From positions 53,251 to 117,250 of the forward strand of contig JAYZFK010000005.1 of the NCBI GenBank assembly GCA_036336835.1: 64,000 bases of DNA, read 5' to 3'. The translations under genes and the position numbers were made by a program. The stretch is from Myxococcota bacterium. GTDB lineage: Bacteria; Myxococcota_A; UBA9160; UBA4427. This document shows, one piece after another, positions 1 to 10,111 of this stretch (within the stretch, counting starts at the first letter, position 1; the number at the start of each line of letters is the position of its first letter). The notes under the pieces are model-generated. The model made no database searches, was not told where the DNA came from, and was given only the letters and a program-made list of their open reading frames with translations.

Positions 1-1
1 C

Positions 2-454
2 TCCGGGGAGAGCGCCCTCGAGGCCCTGATGGCCGGAAACTTCATCATGTGCCCGACGCTGTGCTTCCGGCTCGACAAGCTCGCGGGGCGTCGCTTCGAT
101 GCGAGCCACCACCAGGTCCAGGATCTCGAGTTCACCTCGCGCCTGTTGATGGACGGCGACACACTTGTCGGCACCCGATGGACCCACTACGCGTACCGGC
201 GCCACGCGGCCGGAGCCACCGCGCTGCAGTCCGAGAGCCTGTTGCGGTTCCAGGAAGAGCTTGCGTTGTTCGATCGGGTTGCCGAGCGCGCGGCAGCCAT
301 CGGCTGGAGCCGTGCCGCTCGCGTCGCACGTCGCAAGACGATCGTACGTCTCCACCTCGGCTACCGCGCGGCGGGCAATCTGACGCGGTTGCGGGTCCGG
401 CGCGCCTTGCGCGAGCTGGGGCTCGCAGCGGGCCGGCAGCGACCCCGCGCGTGA
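2..454 (+). CDS. Glycosyltransferase family 2 protein, C-terminal part (5'-truncated by window)
   Basis: Frame is open from the window edge. Contains NFIMCPT...DLEF...YRRH, typical of the C-terminal half of GT-A/GT2 enzymes. Confidence 0.7.
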   Translation, partial: SGESALEALMAGNFIMCPTLCFRLDKLAGRRFDASHHQVQDLEFTSRLLMDGDTLVGTRWTHYAYRRHAAGATALQSESLLRFQEELALFDRVAERAAAIGWSRAARVARRKTIVRLHLGYRAAGNLTRLRVRRALRELGLAAGRQRPRA

Positions 455-470
455 TACCCTCCTGCACCAT

Positions 471-1397
471 GTGTCCGCCTCGCGTGCGGCAACGCAGGCT
501 CTGGGCGCAAGCAACGCGCTGGGGGTTTCTCGTCTGACCACCGACCTCGAACGCGCTCGGAGTGACTACGCTCGGAAGGTGGCAAAGCTCGCCTCGCTTC
601 GAACGCCCGGCCTCGCTCGCGCGTTCGCAACGGTGCCCCGAGAGAACTTCGTCGGGCCCGGTCCGTGGCAGGTCCTGCGGCCCCCGACCGAGGAGGGCTA
701 TTCCCAGACGCCCGACGACGATCCCGTTCACCTCTACGACACCGTGCTGGTCGCACTCGATCCTCAGCGCAAGATCAGCAATGGAGAGCCGGTCGCGCTC
801 GCCCAGTGGCTCGACCAGCTCGAGCTCGAGCCCGGGAACAGGTTCGCCCACGTGGGCTGCGGGGTCGGCTATTACACCGCGATCGCAGCCGAAGCAGTGC
901 GTCCCGGTGGCCGGAGCCTCGGACTCGAAGTCGTTCCCGATCTCGCCGAACGAGCAGGACGCAACCTGGCTTCCTACGACGATATCGAGGTCCGCGAGGC
1001 GGGCGCGTTCGCGCCCGACGACGGGCCCTTCGACGCCATCTTCGTCAATGCCGGCGCCACGAGCGTCCTCCCAGCCTGGCTCGACCTGCTCGCGGACCGA
1101 GGACGACTGCTGTTGCCGCTCACCGTCTCGATCACGGGCGGCGACATCGGGGCCGGCCGGGTGCTCCTGATCGTGCACCGCGGGGATGCCTTCGAGGCGC
1201 GCTTCGTATCCTTCGCCGCCATCTTCCACTGTGCCGGGGCACGCAGCGAGGAAGGCGACCAGGCGCTGCGAGCCGCCTACAGGGAGGGAGATGCGGACGA
1301 GGTTCGCAGTCTGCGGCGAGACACCCACGACCGATTGGCCACCTGCTGGCTCCACACCAGCGAGTTTTGCCTCTCCTATGCCGAGCCGGCTGACTGA
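471..1397 (+). CDS. Protein-L-isoaspartate O-methyltransferase (PCMT)-like SAM methyltransferase
   Basis: AFATVPRENF, HVGCGVGYYTA (motif I), PFDAIFVNAG and GRLLLP match the PCMT family. True start may lie ~20 codons downstream. Confidence 0.85.
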   Translation: MSASRAATQALGASNALGVSRLTTDLERARSDYARKVAKLASLRTPGLARAFATVPRENFVGPGPWQVLRPPTEEGYSQTPDDDPVHLYDTVLVALDPQRKISNGEPVALAQWLDQLELEPGNRFAHVGCGVGYYTAIAAEAVRPGGRSLGLEVVPDLAERAGRNLASYDDIEVREAGAFAPDDGPFDAIFVNAGATSVLPAWLDLLADRGRLLLPLTVSITGGDIGAGRVLLIVHRGDAFEARFVSFAAIFHCAGARSEEGDQALRAAYREGDADEVRSLRRDTHDRLATCWLHTSEFCLSYAEPAD

Positions 1398-3268
1398 CTC
1401 GCCGTCTCCGCATCTTCCAGGCGCTCGAAGCCGCGCGCGTCGAGTGCCTCGAGCGCGTCGTCCATGTCCGGGATGTGGAGCGCCACCGCGACGACATCGC
1501 CTTCCGCCGGCTGGTAGTCGCTCGACATGGGCCGCATGGGCTGCGAGCCGCGCTGCATGGACAGCATCACCAGGCGTTCGCCGATCGGCGGCGGATCGCG
1601 CACCGGCTCGTCCTCGGACGGCGTTTCGGGCAGGCGAGCCGGATCGAAGCGAAAGCGCCCCACCTCGACGTCGCCGTGGCGTAGGCGCACATCCCAGCGC
1701 TCGATGTCGTGGACGGCGTCGAACGCGATCTCGGCCTCTTCGTTCTGCACGAGCTCGGCGGCCATTCCGGTCTCGATCGCCTGCACGGCGACATAGTTCT
1801 TGGGAACGTGGAAGAGCTCGTGAGCCCGATTGACGAAGACGGCGTTCACGGTCTGGTTCGGGGTGATGCCGATCGCCGTCTCGACGCACTCGAGCTGTGC
1901 GCGTTGCAGCGTTCGCTCTTCCAGCGCATTGCCGAAGACGACCGTGAAGCCAGCCTCCTGTGCCTGCCGACACGTCTGCGGGTTCGAGTCGAGGATCACC
2001 ACTGGCACGCCCCCGCGCCGAAGCTCTTCCGCCAGCAGGAAACCGAGCCCCTGCGCACCGAGGATCGCGACGCCCTCGCGCTTCGGGAGCTTGACGCCGA
2101 GGACGCGCGCTGCCAGGCCGGCCGTGAGCCCCGCCTGCAGCACGGTGCCGACGATGGTGAGGAAGACCAGCGCGCGCAGCTCGCGGCCCCCGTCCAGCCC
2201 GTTCTTCTCCATCGCCGCCGCAACCAACGACGCCATCGCCGCCGCCACGATCCCACGCGGCGCAACCCAGCTGATGAATGCCCGCTCGCGGGCGCTGAGA
2301 TCCGACCCGCTCGTCGAGAGCACCACGACCAGTGGGCGCACCGCGAAGACGAGTGCTCCGACCACGGCGAGTCCCGGCCAGCCGAGCGCTACGACGTCGG
2401 CGAGTCGCACGTCCGCCGCCAGCATCACGAACAGCAGACCGATCAGCAGGATCGTCAGCTGATCCTTGAACTCGCGCAGGTCTCGATCGACCGGGGTGCG
2501 CATGTTGCCGACCGTCACGCCGGCGATGGTCACCGCGAGGATGCCGCTCTGCGCCACCAGCTCGTCGGCCAGCACGAACACCAGAAGCACCATCGCGAGC
2601 ACGAAGATGTTCTCGTGACCCTGCGGAACCAACCGTCGGATGCGCAGCAGGAGGCCCAGCATCAGGCCGGACAGCAGACCAATGGCGGTGCCGACACCGA
2701 CGCGCAGCACGAGATCGGCGGCACCCACTGCCGCGCGCTCGGGCGCGACCACGACCTCGAGCACGAGCAGAGCCAGGATCGCACCGACCGGGTCGATCAG
2801 GACGCCCTCGGCATTGAGCACCGTGGCGACCCGGGGGCGGAGCCGCATCTGCGAGACGAGCGGGCCGACGACCGTCGGACCGGTCACGACGACCAGGCTG
2901 CCGAACAGCACGGACTGCTGCCACGTCCAGTCGAGGATCCAGGCGGCGGTGAGCGAAGCGAGGCCGAGCGTCAGGATCGCGCCCGACAGCACCAGGTGGC
3001 GGATCGCAGACTGCTCGCGCCGCAGTCGCGAGATCTGGAGGTTCAGCCCGCCCTCGAACAGGATCACCGCGACCGCAATGTCGACGATGGCAAAGAAGCC
3101 TTCGCCGAGTGCACGCGGCTGCACCAGACCGAGGCCGTCCGGGCCGAGCGCGGCCCCGGCCAGCAGCAGGATCACGATGCCCGGCAGGCGCAGGTGGCGC
3201 GCGACGGACTGGCACAGGACGCCCGCCGCCAATGCCAGCACCAGGGTGAATGCTGCGTGCCCGTCCAC
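1376..3268 (-). CDS. CPA1/NhaP-type cation:proton antiporter with C-terminal TrkA-N (RCK) domain
   Basis: About 12 hydrophobic segments with ILFEGG, TGPTVV, EGVLIDP and APRGIVAAA, followed by a Rossmann-like ILGAQGLG...DSN. GTG start chosen at VDGHAAF. Confidence 0.92.
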   Translation of the reverse strand: MDGHAAFTLVLALAAGVLCQSVARHLRLPGIVILLLAGAALGPDGLGLVQPRALGEGFFAIVDIAVAVILFEGGLNLQISRLRREQSAIRHLVLSGAILTLGLASLTAAWILDWTWQQSVLFGSLVVVTGPTVVGPLVSQMRLRPRVATVLNAEGVLIDPVGAILALLVLEVVVAPERAAVGAADLVLRVGVGTAIGLLSGLMLGLLLRIRRLVPQGHENIFVLAMVLLVFVLADELVAQSGILAVTIAGVTVGNMRTPVDRDLREFKDQLTILLIGLLFVMLAADVRLADVVALGWPGLAVVGALVFAVRPLVVVLSTSGSDLSARERAFISWVAPRGIVAAAMASLVAAAMEKNGLDGGRELRALVFLTIVGTVLQAGLTAGLAARVLGVKLPKREGVAILGAQGLGFLLAEELRRGGVPVVILDSNPQTCRQAQEAGFTVVFGNALEERTLQRAQLECVETAIGITPNQTVNAVFVNRAHELFHVPKNYVAVQAIETGMAAELVQNEEAEIAFDAVHDIERWDVRLRHGDVEVGRFRFDPARLPETPSEDEPVRDPPPIGERLVMLSMQRGSQPMRPMSSDYQPAEGDVVAVALHIPDMDDALEALDARGFERLEDAETASQSAGSA

Positions 3269-3389
3269 GGCCTCGGACCTTACCCCTCCGCGGCCCCGCC
3301 GCGCCCGCCCCGGCGACCACACCGGCCGAACGGGATGGCTCGATGCTCCGCGGGGGCGGAATCTGCAGACTGGGGTGTAGACTCGATCC

Positions 3390-4406
3390 ATGGCTGCTCG
3401 CAAGACCGCCCGCAAGAAGAAGACGACGCGCAAACGGGCTCCCGCGAGCAAGCGCCTCACCCCTCGCAAGGAGAAACGAGGCCTCGAAGCCAACCAGGTG
3501 CGCCTCGAGCTCGACGCAGCCGAGATCGCGCCCCTGGTCGCAGAGGTGGAGCGCGCTGGCGGAGCTCCGATCGGCGCCTATCGCGAGCCGTTCTCCGGCC
3601 GACCTCAGCTGCTGGCATCGCTGCCGATCGCGGCCGTCGAGCCAACGCCCTTCCAGCGCGATCTGTCGCCCACGCACACCAAGCGGCTCGCGGCCAAGAT
3701 CGAGGAGAGCGGCAGCTTCCTCGATCCACTGATCGTAGTGCGCGGCGAGGGAGGCCAGCTGTGGACGCCGAACGGGCGACATCGATTGGCCGCGGCGAAG
3801 CTGCTGGGACTCAAGCAGATCACTGCGCTGATCTCGCCCGACGAGGACCTCGCCTTCAAGATCCTGGCGCTCAACACGGAGAAGGCCCACAACCTGAAGG
3901 ACAAGAGCCTCGAGGTCATCCGCATGGCGCGCGAGCTGGCGCGGCGGAACAAGCGTTCGAAGAAGACAGAGACCGACTACGCCGCGGAGTTCGAGTCCCC
4001 CGAGCTGATCACGCTAGGCGTGGTGTACGAAGGCCAGGGGCGCTTCGCCGGCGGCGCCTACAATCCGGTGCTGCGCAAGCTCGACCGCTTCTCGAGCAAG
4101 TCGCTCGCTACCAGTCTGCGCGAGCGAGAAGGCTATGCGGCGCGATTGGTCGGGATCGACGCCGAGGTCAAGCGCATCATCGCCGAGCTCCAGGGCCGCG
4201 GCTTCAAGTCGCCCTGCCTGCGAAGCTACGTGGTCGCTCGCATCAATCCCGTGCGCTTCCACCGCGCCAAGCAGGGAGATGCGAAGCCGCCGATGGCGAT
4301 GGGCGCCGGGCTCACCCGAATGGCGGCCTCGGCTCGCAAGCTCGACACGTCGAGCATCCGCCACAGCGAGCTCGCTCTGGTCGCCGCCGTCGCCAGCGAC
4401 GAATGA
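3390..4406 (+). CDS. ParB/Srx N-terminal domain protein (orphan, no adjacent parA)
   Basis: PTPFQRD...DPLIVVR...[10 protein letters not shown] is a ParB/sulfiredoxin-like signature. Lys/Arg-rich N-terminal tail. Confidence 0.85.
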   Translation: MAARKTARKKKTTRKRAPASKRLTPRKEKRGLEANQVRLELDAAEIAPLVAEVERAGGAPIGAYREPFSGRPQLLASLPIAAVEPTPFQRDLSPTHTKRLAAKIEESGSFLDPLIVVRGEGGQLWTPNGRHRLAAAKLLGLKQITALISPDEDLAFKILALNTEKAHNLKDKSLEVIRMARELARRNKRSKKTETDYAAEFESPELITLGVVYEGQGRFAGGAYNPVLRKLDRFSSKSLATSLREREGYAARLVGIDAEVKRIIAELQGRGFKSPCLRSYVVARINPVRFHRAKQGDAKPPMAMGAGLTRMAASARKLDTSSIRHSELALVAAVASDE

Positions 4407-4714
4407 CCGCGGTCCGCGCGCGCGTGCTCGTGAGCGGTCGCGTGCAGGGCGTGTGGTTCCGCGAATCCACACGCGAACGCGCCGGCGCACTCGGCCTGAC
4501 GGGTTGGGTGCGCAACCTGCCCGATGGCCGCGTCGAGGCGTTGTTCGAGGGCGAGCGCGGCGCCGTCGCTGAAGCAATCGAGTTCGTGCGCGAGGGTCCG
4601 CCGCTGGCGCGCGTGGTCTCCGCGGAGGTCGCCGAATACGAGGAGGCCGCTCCCACGGAGGACGCGTTTCGCGTCCCCCTGGCGGGTCGGCCGCACCGAC
4701 AGCGCGAAGCGTGA
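4403..4714 (+). CDS. acyP: Acylphosphatase
   Basis: [10 protein letters not shown] and [12 protein letters not shown] motifs. Its ATG overlaps the upstream stop (ATGA at 4403-4406). Confidence 0.95.
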   Translation: MTAVRARVLVSGRVQGVWFRESTRERAGALGLTGWVRNLPDGRVEALFEGERGAVAEAIEFVREGPPLARVVSAEVAEYEEAAPTEDAFRVPLAGRPHRQREA

Positions 4715-4982
4715 GCGGGGCGCTCGGGTCCCGATCTTCGCACCGGCCGGTCGGGTCGTGATCACAGCGACCGATATCCGGAGCTTCGGGCTCCGCGTTC
4801 CGGCCGCGCCGCCAATTCGGTTGCCTCCCGGCTGTCACTGCGAGCACTGCTGGTCTTCTCACGACCGCGGTGTCGCGCGCCAGTGCCGACGAGCAGCTGG
4901 CCGTAGCGCCGAGAACGACGGCGGATCCAGCCGACCCGCCTGCGGCGGCTGACGCGCCGAACGCGCTATCTCTCGGGTCGCC

Positions 4983-7787
4983 TTGCAAGCACGCCTGCTC
5001 GCCTTCCTGTCCGGCATCCCCGCCCTGGTCTACCAGGTGGTGTGGACGCGCGAGGTGGCGCTGCTTGCGGGCAGCCAGCTCGACGCGATCGCAACCGTGG
5101 TGGCGACCTACTTCGGCGGCCTCGCGCTCGGCTCGCGCGTGTTGGGCGAGCGCGTCGATCGCTCTCCGCGCCCGCTGCGCTTCTACGCGCTGCTAGAGCT
5201 TCTGGCAGCTGCCCTGACCCTCGCTGCGACGCTGATGCTGCGGGCGCTGGGCACACACGCGCCCGCCGGCGCAGCGGACTGGTGGGGCTCGCCGGCCGTG
5301 CTCGCGGCGAGCGGCGCGCTGGTGCTGCCGGTGACCTTTCTGCTCGGCGGCACCCAGCCAGCACTGCTGCGCAGCACGGGCGAGACCAGCCGGCGAGCCA
5401 CGGGGCCTGCTGGGGAGATCCAGGGAGTCAACACGCTCGGGGCCGTGATTGGCGTGATCCTCGCCGCCCTGGCAATTCCCTGGCTCGGGCTGTGGACGAC
5501 CCTGTGCACCGCGGCCGGGCTGGCGGCGAGCGTGGGCGGGCTCGCGCTCGCCCTCGACGCCACTGGCAAGCGCGCAGAGCCGATCGAACCCGACCGGCAG
5601 GAGCCGCGCGCGCCCCGAGCGCTCCCAGTGCGCATCCTGGCACTTGCGGCGGCCGCGGGCGTCGCCACGCTGGGCTACGAGGTGCTGGCGGTCCGGATGG
5701 CGTCGATCCGGCTGGGATCGTCGCTGTATGCCTGGACACTGGTGCTCTCCGTATTCCTTGCGGGCCTGGCAGCCGGCAACGTGGCATTGGCGAGCACCGC
5801 CTCGCAGACCCGACGCCCAGCGCGGCTGCTCGGCCGCATCGAGTTGGCCAGTGCGCTCGCACTCGCGCTCGGACTGGTGGCGATCCACCCTCCCCTCGCG
5901 CACAGCGCCGCCGGGGTCGAAGCCCGCGCGCTGCTCGCAGTGGTGCTGGGCGTGCTCCCCGCCGCCTTCTGCATGGGGGGCGCCTTCCCGCTGTTTGCCC
6001 GGCTCGTGCTCGACGCAACCCCCGGTCGCAGCTTCGGCGCGCTCGTCGCCTGGAACACGGCGGGAGGCATTGCCGGGGCGCTGCTGACGCCGGTCCTCTT
6101 GCTTCCCGTGTTCGGAATGGCCGGCGGAGTATTGGTGTGTGCGGGCATCAACCTGGCGGTCGGCTTCGGCGTGCTCGTCTGGACACCGCGCAAGACCGAA
6201 TCCAGCAGGCTGGGCCCGGCCACGCTGGCCTCGGGCGTGGCATTCGCCGGCGCCGCGGCGCTCGGCTGGCTCGGCGTGCGCCAGGCGCAGCCACTGGGTG
6301 CGATTCACATCGAGCACGGACGCCTCGTGTCGGCCGTGGTCGTGGCGCACCGGGGCGAGCGCGAGTTGATCGTCGACGGCGACCAGGAAGCACACACCGC
6401 GCCCGAGGCGCGCCTCGCCGAAGAGTTGCTCGCTGCGGTGCCCCTGGCTGTGCACCCGGCACCGAGGCGCTTTCTCGAAATCGGCTTCGGCGCCGGCATC
6501 ACCCTCGGCACCGCCTCGCGCTTTCCGCTCGAGCGCCTGGAGTGCGTCGAAATCGCCGGCGCAGTGCTTCGTTCGGCTCCGTGGATGGAGCCCGCCAACC
6601 GCGGAGTCCTGCGTGACCCGCGGCTCACGCTGTACGACCTGGATGCGCGCGCGTTTCTGCGGGGTGTAACGCCCGTCTACGATGTGGTGGTCGCCAACAC
6701 CCTCCACCCCTGGTCGCTGGGCGCGACCGGACTCTACTCGGTCGAGTACTTCTCGCGGCTGCGCGCCGGCCTGGCTCCCGGCGGCATCGCCACACAGTGG
6801 ATCCCGGCCTCCGGGATCGCGTCGGCCAGCTTCCGCGCGATCCTGCGGACGTTCTTCGAGGCATTCGAGCACGGAGTCGTGCTGTGGGGTGAGGACAATG
6901 TGATCCTGCTCGGCTCCGCACAGGTCATCGAGCTGCCCGAGCCCGGCGTCTTGGTCGCGCGGCTGGCCGGCGCGGAACTCGATCCGCGTGCGCTTCGGCT
7001 CGCGGGGCCCGGAGGCGATTCGCTCGCGGCGCGCCGGATCGGCGAGGCGAGCGACGTCCGCGAGGTCGTCGACCGGGACGAGATCCTGCGCGATGACCGA
7101 CCGCGACTCGAAGCCGACGCCGCCTTCGGCGTCGCGCGCCGCAACTCGGGGATCTACCGCCTGCTGGTCGAGCTGGCGACCCGTGCCAACGCGCGGCACG
7201 CCGCCTCGCCGGAGCTGTTGCTCTGGCTCGAATCCCGGGCGGCGAGGCTGGGCAGCGAGCCCGACCGCGCGAGCGCGCGCGAGGCACTCGCCGAGCAGCA
7301 GGGACTGGCGCTCGCGCGCCGGAGTCACGCCAGGCGAATCGCAGCCCAGGCGAGCGACCAGTTGCGACTGGGCGATCGCACGAGAGCAGGGTCTTTGTAC
7401 GTCCGCGCGCAGGAGATCGACCCCACATTCCGCGGCAGCTCGCTCGCGCGGTCCATGCTCGCCCGCGACGAGGGCCAGCCCGAGCGCGCGGCGCAGCTCC
7501 TCGAGCGGTGGCTACAGCTGCACCCCGACGATCCGGAAGCCTGGAACGACCTCGCGAGTCTGCTGGCGGAGACGGGCCAGCTCGAGCGTGCGGAGCGCGC
7601 CGTCGAGCAGGCACTCGCCAGCAACCCCTTCTTTCCCGAAGCGCTCGCCAACGCCGGGCTCCTGGCCGTCGCGCGCGGCGACCCGGAGCGCGCGCGCGCG
7701 CTGCGCGACCGCCTCGCAGCGCTCGAGCACGGGCGGCCACGCGCCGAACTCGAGGCACTCGAGCAAGCGCTCGAGCGGGGTCGCTGA
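4983..7787 (+). CDS. Fused membrane (MFS-like)/spermidine synthase-like protein with C-terminal TPRs
   Basis: Two repeats of the YQVVW/YEVLAVR membrane module, a SAM-fold LEIGFGAGIT...VEI...YDVVV...HPW, then TPR-like repeats (PDDPEAWNDLA, PFFPEALANAG). Confidence 0.88.
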   Translation: MQARLLAFLSGIPALVYQVVWTREVALLAGSQLDAIATVVATYFGGLALGSRVLGERVDRSPRPLRFYALLELLAAALTLAATLMLRALGTHAPAGAADWWGSPAVLAASGALVLPVTFLLGGTQPALLRSTGETSRRATGPAGEIQGVNTLGAVIGVILAALAIPWLGLWTTLCTAAGLAASVGGLALALDATGKRAEPIEPDRQEPRAPRALPVRILALAAAAGVATLGYEVLAVRMASIRLGSSLYAWTLVLSVFLAGLAAGNVALASTASQTRRPARLLGRIELASALALALGLVAIHPPLAHSAAGVEARALLAVVLGVLPAAFCMGGAFPLFARLVLDATPGRSFGALVAWNTAGGIAGALLTPVLLLPVFGMAGGVLVCAGINLAVGFGVLVWTPRKTESSRLGPATLASGVAFAGAAALGWLGVRQAQPLGAIHIEHGRLVSAVVVAHRGERELIVDGDQEAHTAPEARLAEELLAAVPLAVHPAPRRFLEIGFGAGITLGTASRFPLERLECVEIAGAVLRSAPWMEPANRGVLRDPRLTLYDLDARAFLRGVTPVYDVVVANTLHPWSLGATGLYSVEYFSRLRAGLAPGGIATQWIPASGIASASFRAILRTFFEAFEHGVVLWGEDNVILLGSAQVIELPEPGVLVARLAGAELDPRALRLAGPGGDSLAARRIGEASDVREVVDRDEILRDDRPRLEADAAFGVARRNSGIYRLLVELATRANARHAASPELLLWLESRAARLGSEPDRASAREALAEQQGLALARRSHARRIAAQASDQLRLGDRTRAGSLYVRAQEIDPTFRGSSLARSMLARDEGQPERAAQLLERWLQLHPDDPEAWNDLASLLAETGQLERAERAVEQALASNPFFPEALANAGLLAVARGDPERARALRDRLAALEHGRPRAELEALEQALERGR

Positions 7788-7896
7788 TCGCACCACGCTG
7801 GACATCCGGTCAGCGCGGGGTCGGGCGGTCGAGTGAGCCAGTGGCGAGCAGTCGGCGTAGACCGGTGGGAGTGCCTCGCCCGGTCCAGACCCCGAT

Positions 7897-8580
7897 CTAA
7901 CTGCGTCGAGAGCGATGTGCCCCCACCCCGATCCAGAGCAGCAGGCCAGCCTGAAGCAGCATCCCGGCCCCGGGTTCGGGAACGGGAGCGGAAGCGGTCG
8001 TGCCCTGCACGGTGAAGTCCGTCCCCGAGCTCACCATGAAGGTCACGGTCTGCCCGGCCGCAATGTCGCCCTCGGACGTGTGGGTCACGAACAGCCGGAC
8101 GCTCGTCTGGTTGGCGGCGAGGGGCGTGCCGAACGTGAACACACCAGCCAGCGTGCTCACACTGTCCGCCAGCACCGAGGTCGGCCCGATGTCGCCGGAG
8201 CCGGTGTCATCGAACGCACCCGCGGATTGCGGATTCAGGAAGAAGAACGGGCTGCCCACCGTGATGCCGAGCGCGTCGACCGACGACGAGCCCGAGTTCA
8301 AGATGAGGTCGACGACGAAGATGTCCTGGCCCGTGCTGGAGGTGGAGGCACCCCCTTCATTGGGAGTCAGATTGCCGCCGACGTCCGACAACAGGAGACT
8401 TCCCGAGAGGTCGAACACCGGGCGCAGCACACCATCGACGCCGAGCGCGTTGTTGCCGCTATCGATGACGACCGGCGAATCGAGGGTAAATGCCAACGCG
8501 CTGGCAGTGCCGGCAGCGCAGACGTACAGCATCACCGCAGCGGCAGCTGCCACCGCCTGCAGCGCGCGAGGGAACTCCAT
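7897..8580 (-). CDS. PEP-CTERM sorting domain-containing secreted protein
   Basis: N-terminal signal peptide, Ser/Thr/Gly-rich body, C-terminal VPEPG + TM helix + basic tail (HRSRRS). GGAAGGAG RBS. Confidence 0.9.
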   Translation of the reverse strand: MEFPRALQAVAAAAAVMLYVCAAGTASALAFTLDSPVVIDSGNNALGVDGVLRPVFDLSGSLLLSDVGGNLTPNEGGASTSSTGQDIFVVDLILNSGSSSVDALGITVGSPFFFLNPQSAGAFDDTGSGDIGPTSVLADSVSTLAGVFTFGTPLAANQTSVRLFVTHTSEGDIAAGQTVTFMVSSGTDFTVQGTTASAPVPEPGAGMLLQAGLLLWIGVGAHRSRRS

Positions 8581-8630
8581 TCGGACTGCTCCTTCCGATT
8601 GGCTTCCCAGGGGGCCAAGCCTTTAAAGGC

Positions 8631-8647
8631 AGCAAGTTGCATTCCAA
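8631..8647 (-). promoter_or_regulatory. Sigma-54 (-24/-12) promoter for the PEP-CTERM gene
   Basis: Minus strand reads TTGGAATGCAACTTGCT, i.e. GG-N10-GC with TTGC at -12, about 50 bp upstream of the ATG in an AT-richer intergenic region. Confidence 0.75.
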
Positions 8648-8823
8648 GTGCCCCGCTGGGCGCTCATTTCTGCTTAGATTTCCAAGGGGTTAATATTGCA
8701 GTGGAAATCCGATCCAAACAAACGACGTGCTCAGCGCAGTCGAAGATTTTTGGGAATAGATTTTCCACTGATGGCGCCGAATGGGCAGCGGACGGAAAAG
8801 TTTTTCATAGGCGACGTGCGGCA

Positions 8824-10092
8824 TCAGCGCCGATCGCGTGCCAGACGCAGCCCGGAAAACTGCCAGCGCGCGGCGGCCGGGAAGAAGTTGCGGTAGCTCG
8901 CGCGCAGATGGCTCCGGGGCGTGACGCACGAGCCGCCCCGCAAGACCCACTGGTCGGCCATGAACTTCCCGTTGTACTCGCCCAGAGCCCCATCGAGAGG
9001 CCGATAGCCTGGGTACCCCGTGTAGGGACTGGCGGTCCACTCCCAGACATCCCCAAAGAGGTTGCCGAAACGGCGGTGGGGGTCGACGGGAGCCGAGGCA
9101 GGCTGCAGGCGACGGCTCTCGACGAAGTTGCCTTCGACCGGATTCCCCAGCGCCGCGATCTCCCACTCCTGCTCGCGAGGAAGACGCGCCCCCGACCAGG
9201 TCGCATAGGCATCGGCCTCGTAGTAGCTGACGTGACAGACGGGCTCGGGGCCTCGTACCGGGCACAGGCCACCCAGCGTGAAGGTCCACCACTCCCCGTC
9301 GCGCTGGCGCCAGTAGAGCGGAGCTCTCCACTCCTGGGCCTGGACGGTCGTCCAGCCATCGGAGAGCCAGAGCTCGGGTCGCCGGTAGCCTCCGTCGTCG
9401 ATGAACGCGCGCCACTGCGCATTGGTCACCGGGCGCGAAGCGAGCTCGAACGCCTCGAGGAAGACGCGGTGACGCGGCCGCTCGTTGTCGAACGAGAAGC
9501 CGGCCGCCTGCGACCCGACCTCCACCAGACCTTCGTCGAAGCCGCGCCACTCGAATGGCGCCGCCTCGAATTCGCACTCGTCATCGACCGGGGCACGGTA
9601 TACCGGACCGTTCGGGTGGAATGACAGCGCGTGCTTCAGATCGGTGAGCAGGAGCTCCTGGTGCTGCTGCTCGTGCTGCAGGCCCAGCTCGATCCGCTCG
9701 GCGAGCTCGTTCGACGAGCTTGGGTCGCTGAGGAGCCGCCCGATCTCGTCGTCGACGAAGACCCGATAGCGCTCGATCTCCGCCATGCCGGGCCGTGTAA
9801 TCAGTCCGCGCTGTGGGCGCGGATACTGCTCTCCAACTCCGTTGTAGTACGAGTTGAAGAGCACCCGAAAGCTCGGGTCGAAGGGCGTGAACTCCCCGAG
9901 AGGAGAGGCGAAACGCTCGAGCACGAACGTTTCGAAGAACCACGTGGTGTGCGCCAGGTGCCACTTCACGGGGCTTGCATCCGGCATCGACTGCACCGTG
10001 CAGTCGGCCTCGGACAACGACGCCGCCAGGCCCAGCGTGGTGCCGCGGATGGCGCTGTAGCGTTTCGCGAGATCGATTTGGCTCGTCATCAC
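8824..10092 (-). CDS. egtB: Ergothioneine biosynthesis sulfoxide synthase EgtB
   Basis: DinB-like domain (SPVKWHLAHTTWFFE, HEQQHQE) plus FGE-like domain (FDNERP, GDVWEWT, GEYNGKFM, RASYRNFF). Confidence 0.95.
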   Translation of the reverse strand: MMTSQIDLAKRYSAIRGTTLGLAASLSEADCTVQSMPDASPVKWHLAHTTWFFETFVLERFASPLGEFTPFDPSFRVLFNSYYNGVGEQYPRPQRGLITRPGMAEIERYRVFVDDEIGRLLSDPSSSNELAERIELGLQHEQQHQELLLTDLKHALSFHPNGPVYRAPVDDECEFEAAPFEWRGFDEGLVEVGSQAAGFSFDNERPRHRVFLEAFELASRPVTNAQWRAFIDDGGYRRPELWLSDGWTTVQAQEWRAPLYWRQRDGEWWTFTLGGLCPVRGPEPVCHVSYYEADAYATWSGARLPREQEWEIAALGNPVEGNFVESRRLQPASAPVDPHRRFGNLFGDVWEWTASPYTGYPGYRPLDGALGEYNGKFMADQWVLRGGSCVTPRSHLRASYRNFFPAAARWQFSGLRLARDRR

Positions 10093-10111
10093 GGGAAGCG
10101 GGCTGACGAGC

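Noticed and set aside
1376..1397. Convergent 22-nt overlap of the PCMT and antiporter genes
   Set aside because: Short 3' overlaps are common in GC-rich genomes, with no sign of special function.
132..3890. 1252-aa minus-strand ORF
   Set aside because: Arg/Gly/Pro-rich shadow frame overlapping well-supported genes (PCMT, antiporter, ParB-like). Long stop-free frames are expected at this GC content.
1709..4402. Apparent 1001-aa protein ending in acylphosphatase
   Set aside because: Only the last 103 codons are real (ATG 4403). The rest is antisense to the antiporter or out of frame with the ParB-like gene.
8824..10092. EgtB as selenoneine synthase SenA or as a formylglycine-generating enzyme for the sulfatase
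   Set aside because: No senB or selD neighbours. The DinB domain with a His triad and the EgtB motifs fit a sulfoxide synthase, and the FGE catalytic Cys pair is not evident.
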